Below, piece by piece: positions 54,369 to 63,885 of a DNA stretch of 64,000 nt (position 1 is its first letter; the number at the start of each line of letters is the position of its first letter). The DNA comes from Candidatus Latescibacterota bacterium (lineage in GTDB: Bacteria; Latescibacterota; UBA2968; UBA8231): contig RKRN01000143.1 of the NCBI GenBank assembly GCA_007571365.1, forward strand, positions 2,245-66,244, in the 5' to 3' direction. The notes beneath the pieces were generated by a model. That model saw only the letters and a program-made list of their open reading frames with translations, was not told the origin of the DNA and searched no databases. Both the position numbers and the translations under genes were made by a program.

Positions 54369-55418
54369 ATGCTTTCCCTAGACGAAAAACTAGCGCATCT
54401 CGAAGAAATTCTGCGCCCGATGGGGCAGGTTCTGGTCGGCTATTCGGGCGGGGTCGATAGTGCCACGCTGGCGGTGGCGGCCCAGCGAGTTTTGGGTGAG
54501 GGGACCATCTGCGTCACCGCGGATTCTGAAAGCTATGCCACCGGCGAGTTGGAGAAGGCCACCGAGATAACCCGCGAGTTCGGCATCCGCCACGAGGTGG
54601 TCAAAACCCGCGAACTGGACAACCCCGACTACGCCAAAAACGCGCCCAACCGCTGCTACTACTGCAAACAAGAGTTGTTCACGCACATGGAGCAGCTAGC
54701 GAGTACGCTCGATGTCCATTACATCCTCTACGGCCAAAATGCCGACGACATCGGCGATTTCCGCCCTGGGGCTGCGGCCGCCCACGAGCGCGGCATACAC
54801 GCTCCTTTAGCCGAAGCGGGCCTGACCAAGGAGGACGTGCGAACCCTAGCCAAGCGCTGGGGGCTGACGGTGTGGGACCGACCGGCCATGGCTTGCCTCT
54901 CATCGCGCTTTCCCTACGGCACGCCTGTCACCGCCGAGGGCTTGCGCCAAATTGACTGCGCCGAGCACTACCTGCGCGAGGTCTGTGGCTTTGCTCAGGT
55001 CCGCGCCCGCCACCACGAGACGCTGGCGCGTATTGAGTTGCCCGCTGAGGACTTGACGCGCCTGTTGGGCGATTCGGCTGGGCACCGGTCTTTGCTGGAG
55101 CGCTTGCGGGAGATCGGCTATTTGCAAGTTACCGTCGATCTGTGCGGCTTTCGCTCCGGCAGCATGAACGAGGTGCTGCTCTCCATCGCCGACGCCGGTG
55201 CCGACGAGCCGCTCTTTGCGCGGGTCAATCCGCGGCTCGCAGCGCATTCGCTCCTACCCGCCGCGTACGAGCAGCGCGACCAGATGCTCGTACTGCGCTT
55301 GCCCGCAGCAGGCATCGCCCGCCTCGCTGAAGCCCGGCTGCGCTCGGCTCTGGTAGCCGCGCTTGCAGATTTGGGTTTGCGCTATATAGCCCTCGAATTA
55401 GAGCCTTTGGACGCATGA
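54369..55418 (+). CDS. larE: PP-loop ATP pyrophosphatase of the LarE/TIGR00268 type with a ~80-aa C-terminal extension
   Basis: 349 aa from ATG 54369. VGYSGGVDSATLA (SGGxDS PP-loop), ..NRCYYCK.., ..ACLSSRFPYGT. The track ORF N-extension was rejected. Confidence 0.75.
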   Translation: MLSLDEKLAHLEEILRPMGQVLVGYSGGVDSATLAVAAQRVLGEGTICVTADSESYATGELEKATEITREFGIRHEVVKTRELDNPDYAKNAPNRCYYCKQELFTHMEQLASTLDVHYILYGQNADDIGDFRPGAAAAHERGIHAPLAEAGLTKEDVRTLAKRWGLTVWDRPAMACLSSRFPYGTPVTAEGLRQIDCAEHYLREVCGFAQVRARHHETLARIELPAEDLTRLLGDSAGHRSLLERLREIGYLQVTVDLCGFRSGSMNEVLLSIADAGADEPLFARVNPRLAAHSLLPAAYEQRDQMLVLRLPAAGIARLAEARLRSALVAALADLGLRYIALELEPLDA

Positions 55419-55942
55419 AACGCGAAATTGCGCTGTTCGGGGCCCAGTGCCTCCGCCAAGCCTGTGCTCAAGTCGCCGTGGTGGATGACGCCATCCGCGC
55501 CCTTGTCGCCGACCTTTTCGACTCCATGCAGGCCGCGGCCGGGGTTGGGCTTGCCGCCCCGCAGATCGGCGTCCTCAAACAGGTCTGCGTCGTCGATGTG
55601 ACCGCCCATCAGCCCAACCACCAGCCGGTGGTCTTAATCAACCCCAAGATCACGGGCCACGAGGGCGAGCAAATCGGCGAGGAGGGTTGTCTGAGCTTTC
55701 CCGACCTGTACGGCGACGTCAAGCGCTACTCTTGGGTTGAAGTCGAGGCCCTTGGTCTCGACGGCCAGTCCTTCAAGACCGCCGGCGAAGGCTTTTACGC
55801 CCGCGCCCTCCAGCACGAAATTGATCACCTCGACGGCAAGCTCTTCATCGACCACCTTAGCCCACTCAAGCGCCAACTAATGCGCGGGGCACTTAGGCGA
55901 TTAAAAAAAGAGAGTCAGGCCAAAGCCTCGGTCATCTATTGA
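55415..55942 (+). CDS. def: Peptide deformylase
   Basis: 175 aa. GVGLAAPQIG, EGCLSFP, QHEIDHL. ATGA overlap with the preceding gene. Confidence 0.95.
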   Translation: MKREIALFGAQCLRQACAQVAVVDDAIRALVADLFDSMQAAAGVGLAAPQIGVLKQVCVVDVTAHQPNHQPVVLINPKITGHEGEQIGEEGCLSFPDLYGDVKRYSWVEVEALGLDGQSFKTAGEGFYARALQHEIDHLDGKLFIDHLSPLKRQLMRGALRRLKKESQAKASVIY

Positions 55943-55988
55943 CAGCATTTGAGCTGGCTTTTACCTTATTGAAGTCAACTAAATAAAC

Positions 55989-56065
55989 GGGGGCGTAGTT
56001 CAGTTGGTTAGAACGTCGGCCTGTCACGCCGAAGGTCGCGAGTTCGAGTCTCGTCGTCCCCGCCA
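55989..56065 (+). tRNA. tRNA-Asp (GUC)
   Basis: 77 nt. Acceptor GGGGGCG/CGTCCCC, anticodon arm TCGGC-CTGTCAC-GCCGA, T arm GCGAGTTCGAGTCTCGT, encoded CCA. Confidence 0.95.
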
Positions 56066-56072
56066 TTTTACC

Positions 56073-56116
56073 AAGCTCCTTTAGCGCGCTTTGCGCGATT
56101 GAGGAGCTTTTCTTTT
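56073..56116 (+). terminator. Intrinsic terminator after tRNA-Asp
   Basis: 8-bp stem AAGCTCCT (56073-56080) / AGGAGCTT (56102-56109) with an inner GCGC hairpin, followed by TTCTTTT. Confidence 0.7.
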
Positions 56117-56149
56117 AGCAATTCCCATTCAATGCGAGAAAGGTGCAAA

Positions 56150-57064
56150 ATGCAAGAGCGTATCCGCGAAATTCTAAGCTGGTATGGTAGCGACAACCCC
56201 GGTACGTTGACCAACTTGGCGCGCTTGCTCAACCACGGTGCGCTCGGCGGCACCGGTACGTTGGTTATTTTGCCCGTAGATCAGGGCGTAGAGCATGGCC
56301 CCGGGCGCAGCTTCGCCGCCAATCCGCCCGCGTACGATCCGCGCTACCACTTTGAGTTAGCCATTGATGCCGGTCTTAGTGCCTACGCCGCTCCACTGGG
56401 GTTTCTCGAAGCAGGGGCGCGCGACTACGCAGGCGATTTGCCGCTGATTCTCAAGCTCAACAACCGCGAAAACCTCCACACCGACGTCGACCCCACTCAG
56501 GCGCTGACCGGGTCCATCGCCGCCGCCCTGCGCTTGGGTTGCGTTGGTATCGGCTATACGGTCTATCCGGGTTCGGCCCGGCGGCAGGAGATGTACGAAA
56601 AGCTGCAAGCCTTGGCCGAAGAGGCCAAGCGGCACGGTTTGGTGGTGGTGGTCTGGTCTTATCCGCGCGGCACGGACTTGAGCAAGGACGGAGAAACCGC
56701 GCTCGACGTAACCGCGTACGCCGCCCAAATCGCCGCCCAGCTAGGGGCCCATATCATCAAGGTCAAACCGCCGACGGCTCACATTGAGCAAGACGAGGCC
56801 CGCAAGGCGTATGCGGATGTGCCAGCCGGCACCTTGGCCGATCGCGTGAGCCACGTGGTGCAGGCGGCGTTCAACGGGCGGCGCGTGGTAATTTTTTCCG
56901 GCGGCCCGGCCAAGGGCGAAGAGGAAATTATCGCGGAGATCACGGGCATCCGCGATGGCGGCGGTTTTGGTTCCATCATCGGTCGCAACGCCTTCCAGCG
57001 CGAGCGCGGGCAGGCCCTAGACCTGTTGCAGCGCATTGTGGCGATCTACGCCGACGGGCATTAA
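56150..57064 (+). CDS. fbaB: Class I fructose-bisphosphate aldolase (DhnA/FbaB family)
   Basis: 304 aa from ATG 56150. GTGTLVILPVDQGVEHGPGRSFAANP and IIKVKPP (Schiff-base Lys region). Close by eye to E. coli FbaB. Confidence 0.85.
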   Translation: MQERIREILSWYGSDNPGTLTNLARLLNHGALGGTGTLVILPVDQGVEHGPGRSFAANPPAYDPRYHFELAIDAGLSAYAAPLGFLEAGARDYAGDLPLILKLNNRENLHTDVDPTQALTGSIAAALRLGCVGIGYTVYPGSARRQEMYEKLQALAEEAKRHGLVVVVWSYPRGTDLSKDGETALDVTAYAAQIAAQLGAHIIKVKPPTAHIEQDEARKAYADVPAGTLADRVSHVVQAAFNGRRVVIFSGGPAKGEEEIIAEITGIRDGGGFGSIIGRNAFQRERGQALDLLQRIVAIYADGH

Positions 57065-57883
57065 ATGTACATCACCGACGCCCAACTCGCTGCATACAAA
57101 GAACAAGGCTTCCTGATCGTCGAGAACTTCCTTACCAAAGACGAGCGGCAAGCCGCGCTCCATGGCTTCTTCACCCATTTCGCTCCGCCCTACGACCAAT
57201 ACTTAGCCAACGGCCGTCGCAACGACACTCCCAGGCAAATACTCTTCCCTTGGGACCACGCCGGACTCAATCACGTCACCGTCCATCCCGATCTGATCGA
57301 CGCAGCCGAGCGCGTCTTAGGCACGCGCGAGATTCGCCTCTGCGAGGGGCACTTGGGCATGAAATACGCCGGCGAGGAATACGGGACCAATTTTCACATC
57401 GACTACGGCAACAACACGCTGGGGCCGATCATCGAGCCCGACGACTTTATGAACTTGGTCTGCTTTTACTGCTTCGATGACGTCGAGGAAGGCATGGCTC
57501 CGATCCGCATGGTGCCCAAGGGCCGCCCCGATGCGGAAGCCGTGCCGATGATTGTTCCCGGCGGCTCGGTGTGCCTCTACAGCGTCTTCACCCGCCACGC
57601 AGCCTCCGATTTCACCGCGCCAGCCGGGCACCGCCCGGTCATGTGGGTGGGCTTCACTCGCAAGGACCGCCCTTGGGATGGCGGTCGCACCTTCACGTAT
57701 AAGAGCGGGGCCCAAGGTGCCGCCATGCACCGCTTTATGGCTGAAGCGACCCCGCGCCAGCGCGAACTGCTGGGCTTTCCGCCGCCGGGCGACCCGCTGT
57801 GGACGGAGGAATTTATCGCGGGGATGGCGGCGCGGTATCCAGGATTCGACGCGGGACCCTATTGCGCGGCCAGCTCTAAATAA
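57065..57883 (+). CDS. Phytanoyl-CoA dioxygenase (PhyH)-family protein
   Basis: 272 aa. The ATG directly follows the fbaB stop. YKEQGFLIVENFL N-terminus and FHIDYG (HxD). Confidence 0.75.
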   Translation: MYITDAQLAAYKEQGFLIVENFLTKDERQAALHGFFTHFAPPYDQYLANGRRNDTPRQILFPWDHAGLNHVTVHPDLIDAAERVLGTREIRLCEGHLGMKYAGEEYGTNFHIDYGNNTLGPIIEPDDFMNLVCFYCFDDVEEGMAPIRMVPKGRPDAEAVPMIVPGGSVCLYSVFTRHAASDFTAPAGHRPVMWVGFTRKDRPWDGGRTFTYKSGAQGAAMHRFMAEATPRQRELLGFPPPGDPLWTEEFIAGMAARYPGFDAGPYCAASSK

Positions 57884-57889
57884 AGAAAA

Positions 57890-58903
57890 CTACACGCCCG
57901 GCAGTTCCAGCTCGTCTTTGTGGTGGCAGGCGGCTCGATGTGCCTCGCCCTCCAGCACGGGCATCTGCTGGCTGCACAGGTCGCTTTTGTAGCGGCAGCG
58001 CGGCGCAAAAGCGCAGCCTTGATCGCCGGCCGGCGTTGGTTCACCCGCCTCGCTGGCGTCTGCGTCGTCCTCCATCCACGCGGCGTGGGGGTCGGGCGCG
58101 GGCGCGGCCTCTAGCAACATGGCCGTATAGGGGTGCTGCGGTTGGGTAAAGAGGGCTTCAGTGGCGGCCTGTTCAACAATCCGGCCTTGGTACATGACGG
58201 CTACTTCATCGCAGAGATAGCGCACCACGCTCAGATCGTGGGCGATGAAGAGCAGGGTGAGGTCCAGATCGGTCTGCAATTGGCGGAGTAAGTTGAGGAT
58301 CTGCGCTTGTACGCTGACGTCGAGCGCGGAGACGGGCTCGTCGGCGACAATCAGCGATGGACTCAAGGCCAAGGCGCGAGCAATGCCGATGCGCTGCCGC
58401 TGGCCGCCCGAGAAGGCATGCGGATAGCGGCGTGCATATCGGGGATCCAACCCTACGCGCTCCATCAGTTCGCGCACGCGTGCGTGGCTGTCGCGCGCCG
58501 ACCAGCCATAAGCTCGGAGCGGCTCGGCGATGAGGTCGCGCACGGGCATCCGCGGATTTAGGGACGAGTACGGGTCTTGAAAAATCATCTGCATCTGCCG
58601 GCGGGCTTGGACGACTTCGCGTCGGCCGAGTTGGGTCATATCGACGACTTGCCCGTTCTGCTGCCGAAAGAGGATCGCCCCTTCGGTTGGGTCTAGGGCG
58701 CGGAGAATCATCCGCCCGGTGGTGGTCTTGCCGCAGCCGCTCTCGCCAACCAACCCCAAAATTTTGCCTGGCGCGAGCGCGAAGCTCACCCCATCCACGG
58801 CCTTTACCCAACCCGTCTGTCGCTGTAAGAGACCCCGGCGCACGGGAAAGTATTTTTTTAACCCGCGTACTTGCAGCAGGGCGTTTGCGGCTCCTGTGGT
58901 CAT
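57890..58903 (-). CDS. Oligopeptide/dipeptide-type ABC transporter ATP-binding protein (OppF/DppF-like)
   Basis: 337 aa. [36 protein letters not shown]-terminal Cys-containing oligo_HPY-type tail. Confidence 0.9.
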   Translation of the reverse strand: MTTGAANALLQVRGLKKYFPVRRGLLQRQTGWVKAVDGVSFALAPGKILGLVGESGCGKTTTGRMILRALDPTEGAILFRQQNGQVVDMTQLGRREVVQARRQMQMIFQDPYSSLNPRMPVRDLIAEPLRAYGWSARDSHARVRELMERVGLDPRYARRYPHAFSGGQRQRIGIARALALSPSLIVADEPVSALDVSVQAQILNLLRQLQTDLDLTLLFIAHDLSVVRYLCDEVAVMYQGRIVEQAATEALFTQPQHPYTAMLLEAAPAPDPHAAWMEDDADASEAGEPTPAGDQGCAFAPRCRYKSDLCSQQMPVLEGEAHRAACHHKDELELPGV

Positions 58904-58907
58904 CGGG

Positions 58908-59912
58908 CTAGTCCCCTTCTTGGCTGTGGATGAAACAACGGGCGTGGTGGTGCGGCCCTACCTCCACTGACGCAGGCACTTGCTGCTGGCAGATGGAGCC
59001 GATCTTTTTGGGGCAGCGGGTGTGGAAGGGGCAGCCCTCGGGCAGGGCGTACGCGCTGGGGACGCTGCCCTCAATCGGCTCGATGCGTCGGCGCTTACCC
59101 GTCAGGCTGGGGATGGATTGCAACAGGGCTGCGGTATAAGGATGCGCTGGGTGGTCGAAAATGGCAGCGACTGGCCCCTCTTCGACGATCCGCCCCATGT
59201 ACATTACATAGACGTATTCGACCGTGTGCGCGATCACCCCTAGGTCGTGGGTAATCAGCATGAGTGCCAGTCCTAGTTCGCGCTGGAGCCGCTGGATTAG
59301 CTTGAGCACCCGCGCTTGGACGGTCACGTCAAGTGCTGTGGTCGGCTCGTCGGCGATTAAGAGTCGCGGGTTGCTCGCCAGCGCCATGGCAATCATCGCC
59401 CGCTGGCGCATGCCGCCCGAAAGCTGGAAGGGATAATCGTCGGCGCGGTCTTGCGGATCGGGGATGCCGACTAAGTGCAACAGCTCGACGACCCGCTGGC
59501 GCGTTGCTTGCGAGGATAGCGAGTCGTGGAGTTGGATCATCTCGGCGATTTGGTTGCCAATGGTATGCACCGGCGAGAACGCGGTCATGGGCTCTTGGAA
59601 GATCATGGAGATGTCGCCGCCCCTGATCTGGTGCATTTCGTCGCTGTGTGGGTTGAGTGCCGCGAGGTCGATTTCGCGCTCGTCCAGCTTGCGTCGGTAG
59701 CGGATGTGGCCGCTGGTAATCTCGGCGGCCGGCGGTAAAATCTGCAGCAGGGCGTTGGAGGTCATGGTTTTGCCGCAGCCGCTTTCGCCGACGATGCCCA
59801 CGGCTTGGCCGGGGTTGATGCAAAAGCTGACGCCGTTGAGCGGCCGCACCACGCCCTCGTCGCGGGTGATGCGCACACTCAGGTCGTGGACGTCGAGGAG
59901 GGGAGAGGTCAT
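58908..59912 (-). CDS. Oligopeptide/dipeptide-type ABC transporter ATP-binding protein (OppD/DppD-like)
   Basis: 334 aa. [35 protein letters not shown]. Confidence 0.9.
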   Translation of the reverse strand: MTSPLLDVHDLSVRITRDEGVVRPLNGVSFCINPGQAVGIVGESGCGKTMTSNALLQILPPAAEITSGHIRYRRKLDEREIDLAALNPHSDEMHQIRGGDISMIFQEPMTAFSPVHTIGNQIAEMIQLHDSLSSQATRQRVVELLHLVGIPDPQDRADDYPFQLSGGMRQRAMIAMALASNPRLLIADEPTTALDVTVQARVLKLIQRLQRELGLALMLITHDLGVIAHTVEYVYVMYMGRIVEEGPVAAIFDHPAHPYTAALLQSIPSLTGKRRRIEPIEGSVPSAYALPEGCPFHTRCPKKIGSICQQQVPASVEVGPHHHARCFIHSQEGD

Positions 59913-60162
59913 AAAGCGGTTACTTCTTTCTCAACTCGCAACATCAAGCAGGCACTCGTGAAATTGCCCAAGTGCTCCGCAGCCCGCATTACACGTCAAT
60001 CTGCAACGCGATCACGTTAAAGTCCGAGTCGTTGTGAAGTTTAATGTACACCACAAAAAAAGTGGTTACAAGGACTCATTGGGTTGGAATTATATCGCCG
60101 ACCGTGGAGACGACTGGGTGCAAGGGAGACGCGAAAAAGCGCACAGTACATACAAGGGCTAA

Positions 60163-61095
60163 CTAAAGCGGCCTACAAGCTGAATTTCGCTCCCAAAATA
60201 CGCCATCGGCATATCCTTGAATCGACGGATCGGCAAATGCCCGCTTCAATCGCTTTTGGCTCCAACAGCCGTATTCCCGGTTCAATTCAATCCCGCAGAA
60301 CGAGCGTCCAAGCTTGCGCGCTACCACCGCCGTGGTGCCGCTTCCCAAGAATGGATCGAAAACAAAGCCGCCTTGTTTGCTACTGGCGAGAACCAACTTG
60401 GCGATTAGCTTTTCTGGTTTTTGCGTGGGATGGTCGGTGTTTTCCGGCATAGACCAGAATGGTATTGAAATGTCCGACCATATATTGGAAGGATGAGTGA
60501 GTCTAAAATTTCCGCCGTTTTCCGCCACCCAGTCTTTAGGCTTGCCGCGGACCCGATAGGGTGCAACGACCTTTCGCTTCAGCTTTACCGCTTCTACGTC
60601 GAAGTAATAGGTCGCTCCTACAGTGCAAAACCATATGTCTTCGCTGTTGTTTTTCCAGTTCGATTTTGCCCCGCGCCCTTTTTCGCGCTCCCAAGTAATC
60701 CGATTGTGAACGCAGAAGTGCCTTTCGAGGATGGGAGCAATCAGCAGCGAAGTCTTCCAATCGGCACATACGTAAACCGTTGCATCCGGCTTCAAGGTCG
60801 GCTTGAGCAGGCAGATGAGCTCTGCAAACCAAGCTGCGTATGCTCTCTTTTCTCGTGGGCGGAATAAGTGCCCGTTGTAATTTTTGGCGCGATTGTAGGG
60901 CGGGTCGAGAATTAGGAGATCGGCAAAGCAAGTAGGTAGTAAGGGCAGGACGTGAAAGGCATCGCCGTGAATAATTCTATTGACGATTTGCTCCAACCGC
61001 GCCGACTCGGTCAGCACTAGCAAGTCACGCGCAAGAATTTTGCGCTCTTCGTCGGCACAAGTGAGCGTCCTATTCCGCGGTGCTCTTTGCTTCAT
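60163..61095 (-). CDS. Beta-class amino DNA methyltransferase (DPPY; N6-adenine or N4-cytosine), solitary
   Basis: 310 aa. LLILDPPYN (nt 60895-60906) precedes FVFDPFLGSGTTAVVA. GC about 51 %. Starts 11 nt after the nadA stop. Confidence 0.88.
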   Translation of the reverse strand: MKQRAPRNRTLTCADEERKILARDLLVLTESARLEQIVNRIIHGDAFHVLPLLPTCFADLLILDPPYNRAKNYNGHLFRPREKRAYAAWFAELICLLKPTLKPDATVYVCADWKTSLLIAPILERHFCVHNRITWEREKGRGAKSNWKNNSEDIWFCTVGATYYFDVEAVKLKRKVVAPYRVRGKPKDWVAENGGNFRLTHPSNIWSDISIPFWSMPENTDHPTQKPEKLIAKLVLASSKQGGFVFDPFLGSGTTAVVARKLGRSFCGIELNREYGCWSQKRLKRAFADPSIQGYADGVFWERNSACRPL

Positions 61096-61106
61096 ACCCC
61101 AAAAGC

Positions 61107-62087
61107 TCAGTTGTCCCTCGGCACCGCCATCATCCGCTCCAACGCCCGCCGCGCCCCCACAATCACCTCGTCGTCCAGCGTAATTTCGTAGCGCTCATAG
61201 AGCAGCGAAAAATACACGTCTTGCAGGTCGGTAATTTTCATGTAGGGGCAATGTAACCGGCAGCCAATGCAGCCGTCGGCGGCGACGAATTCTTGGTGCG
61301 GGAAGCGCTGCCGCAGCTGGTGCAACATGCCGTTTTCGGTGGCGATGATGAAACTCTTAGCTTCGGGATACTTTTCGACGGCCTTGATCATGCCCGTAGT
61401 TGAGCACACTTCGTGCGCGATTTCAACCACGTCTTGGCGACATTCCGGGTGCGCGATGATGACGGCTTCGGGAAATTCGCTGCGGGTGAGCTCGACGCTG
61501 GCGGCGCGCAGCACGTCGTGCGTCGGGCAAGCACCGTCGTACACGACGACCTCTTTTTCCGGCACCTGCTCGGCCACCCAGCGGCCCAAGTTGCGGTCGG
61601 GCGTAAAGAGAATTTTGTCGCTGTCGAGGCTGCGGACGACCGATACGGCATTGGCCGAAGTGCAGCAGATGTCGGACTCGGCCTTCACCTCGGCCGTGGA
61701 ATTGACATACGTCACCACCGCGTGATCGGGATAGTCGGCTTTCCAATCGTCTAAGCTTTCGGGGGTGATGGAGTCGGCCAGCGAACAGCCCGCGCCTAAA
61801 TGGGGCAAAAACACCTGCTTGTTGGGGCTGAGGATTTTGGCCGACTCAGCCATGAAATGCACCCCGCAAAAGACGATGCGCTCGGCGTCTGCCTGGGCCG
61901 CTTCCACCGACAGCCCGAGCGAATCACCCGTGAAGTCGGCCAAGTCTTGGATCGGCGGAATCTGGTAGTTGTGCGCGAGGATGACCGCGTTTTTCTCGCG
62001 ACGCAAGTGGTTGATCTGGGCAATGAGCTCGGCAGCGGGCAGGTCGCTGTGGTACTCGGCTGGGGCAATCGTCTCTGAGTGAGTCAT
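61107..62087 (-). CDS. nadA: Quinolinate synthase
   Basis: 326 aa from ATG 62087. ILAHNYQ, VHFMAESAK, CPTH / HPEC / CPYMK cysteine-containing segments. Confidence 0.92.
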   Translation of the reverse strand: MTHSETIAPAEYHSDLPAAELIAQINHLRREKNAVILAHNYQIPPIQDLADFTGDSLGLSVEAAQADAERIVFCGVHFMAESAKILSPNKQVFLPHLGAGCSLADSITPESLDDWKADYPDHAVVTYVNSTAEVKAESDICCTSANAVSVVRSLDSDKILFTPDRNLGRWVAEQVPEKEVVVYDGACPTHDVLRAASVELTRSEFPEAVIIAHPECRQDVVEIAHEVCSTTGMIKAVEKYPEAKSFIIATENGMLHQLRQRFPHQEFVAADGCIGCRLHCPYMKITDLQDVYFSLLYERYEITLDDEVIVGARRALERMMAVPRDN

Positions 62088-62293
62088 GGCTTGACTTGCG
62101 CTCCTTGGTCGGGGGGGATGGTCTCGGTGCCGTTGGGAAAAACGCGCCAAAACTCCTTGCGAATGAGGCCGGCGATCATGGCGCTTTTGCTGCTGCCGTG
62201 ATAGCGGGCAATCGCGTCGAGCATCTCGTGATCCCTGTCGGGCGCCGAAAAGGTCCGTACCTTGGCCCGGCGACTCTGATCCTTGGATGGCAT
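62084..62293 (-). CDS. Ribbon-helix-helix (CopG/Arc-like) small protein, ATGA-coupled to nadA
   Basis: 69 aa. Beta-strand KVRTFSAPD followed by two helices (DHEMLDAIARYHG / SKSAMIAGLIRKEF). An extremely AT-rich region lies upstream. Confidence 0.6.
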   Translation of the reverse strand: MPSKDQSRRAKVRTFSAPDRDHEMLDAIARYHGSSKSAMIAGLIRKEFWRVFPNGTETIPPDQGAQVKP

Positions 62294-62409
62294 AAATTAT
62301 TTATTTTTTATATAAAATTTAATCAATATATACGTAATCTAATGAATTGCGGGCGATCCGTCAATACATCTGTAACCGCACTTTGACAAAATCGTCGCCC
62401 GAAGCGGCC

Positions 62410-63636
62410 CTAGAGCTGGCTAATCCGCTCCATGGCCTCTTCAATCCGGTCGCGGTGATTGAAGGCCGACAGCCGCAGGTACCCCTCGCCGGCCGCCCCA
62501 AAACCCGCTCCTGGCGTACCGACGATGTGGGCCTTGTCGAGCAAGTAGTCGAAATAAGCCCAACTGTCCTGCCCGGCGGGCGTAGCCACCCACAAATAAG
62601 GCGCGTGCTCACCCCCGTACACCGCAAGCCCAGCCGCCCCCAACTGCTGGCGCATGATCGCGGCATTTTCCATATAGAACGCAACGCGCTCGGCAATGCC
62701 CTGCTGGCCCGTCGGCGAGTACGCGGCCGCCGCCGCACGCTGCACTGGATACGCCACGCCATTGAACTTGGTCGCGTGTCGCCGCGCCCATAGCCGGTGC
62801 AACCCCACTTCCTCGCCCGAAGCGGCGCGGCCCTTGAGCTCCTTCGGCACGACGGTGTACCCACAGCGCAGACCGGTGAAGCCAGCGTTCTTGGAAAAAC
62901 TGCGGAACTCGATCGCCACCTCGCGGGCCCCTTCGACCTCGTAGATGGAGCGCGGGAGCGCCGGGTCGGTGATGTAGCTTTCGTAGGCCGCGTCAAACAG
63001 AATAACGGCCTGCTCGCGACGGGCGTATTCGATCCAACCGGCCAAGGCACTGCAGGTCATCACCGCGCCCGTGGGGTTGTTGGGCGAGCACAAGTAGATC
63101 AGATCGACATGACCGGCGGGCAGGTCTGGGATGAAGTCATTGGCGGCCGTACACGGCATGTAGATCATACCGGCGTACGAACCGTTCTCGTCGGCTGGCC
63201 CGGTGCGACCGGCCATGACGTTGGAGTCGCAGTACACTGGATAGACCGGATCGGTGAGCGCGACTACGCAATCGCCGGCGAAAATTTCCTGCACATTGCC
63301 CGAGTCGCACTTGGACCCGTCAGAGACAAAAATCTCGTCGCTGTGCATCTGCACGCCGCGTGCGCCAAAGTCGTGCTCAACAATGGCGGCGCGCAAAAAA
63401 TCTTGCCCTTGGTCGGGCGGATAGCCCTGTAAGGTGTCGTCGTGGGCCATTTCCTCGACGGCCTCTTTCATCGCATCAACCATCGGCCGCGGAATGCCCT
63501 TGACCACGTCGCCGATCCCCAAGCGGATCACATCGGCTTGGGGGTGGGCAGCAGCAAACGCATTGACCCGACGGGCGATTTCTGGAAAGAGGTACCCGGC
63601 TTTGAGTTTGAGATAGTGATCGTTGATATGCGCCAT
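62410..63636 (-). CDS. dapL: LL-diaminopimelate aminotransferase
   Basis: 408 aa. [17 protein letters not shown], ..LGIGD.., [15 protein letters not shown] (PLP Lys). Confidence 0.9.
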   Translation of the reverse strand: MAHINDHYLKLKAGYLFPEIARRVNAFAAAHPQADVIRLGIGDVVKGIPRPMVDAMKEAVEEMAHDDTLQGYPPDQGQDFLRAAIVEHDFGARGVQMHSDEIFVSDGSKCDSGNVQEIFAGDCVVALTDPVYPVYCDSNVMAGRTGPADENGSYAGMIYMPCTAANDFIPDLPAGHVDLIYLCSPNNPTGAVMTCSALAGWIEYARREQAVILFDAAYESYITDPALPRSIYEVEGAREVAIEFRSFSKNAGFTGLRCGYTVVPKELKGRAASGEEVGLHRLWARRHATKFNGVAYPVQRAAAAAYSPTGQQGIAERVAFYMENAAIMRQQLGAAGLAVYGGEHAPYLWVATPAGQDSWAYFDYLLDKAHIVGTPGAGFGAAGEGYLRLSAFNHRDRIEEAMERISQL

Positions 63637-63834
63637 GATATTTGCTTTCTGAGGAATTGGGAATTAGGAAGTGATGGTACGTGGCCAGTGGTGAGTGAGT
63701 TGCAGGCCAAGTGCGTAACGTCAGTTAGGAATTATCAATTATTAGCCCTCAATTCGCAATTTCTAATTTTTAACGGAGGTTCCGCCGTTTTTGTCATGCC
63801 TGTCCAGCAAGGTCCGTTTGTGGCCCTAGCGCTG

Positions 63835-63885
63835 ACTGGATTCCCGACCCGTGTCGGGGCACGGGGTGACGTTCTTGCGCGGGAG
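63835..63885 (+). repeat. Copy 2 of the ~55-nt structured dispersed repeat
   Basis: ACTGGATTCCCGACCCGTGTCGGGGCACGGGGTGACGTTCTTGCGCGGGAG. About 88 % identical to 22746-22800, in the same orientation and intergenic. Confidence 0.7.

Noticed and set aside
56099-56149. Upstream start (56099) for the aldolase gene
   Set aside because: It would place the tRNA-Asp terminator hairpin (56073-56116) inside the coding region. ATG 56150 matches the conserved N-terminus.
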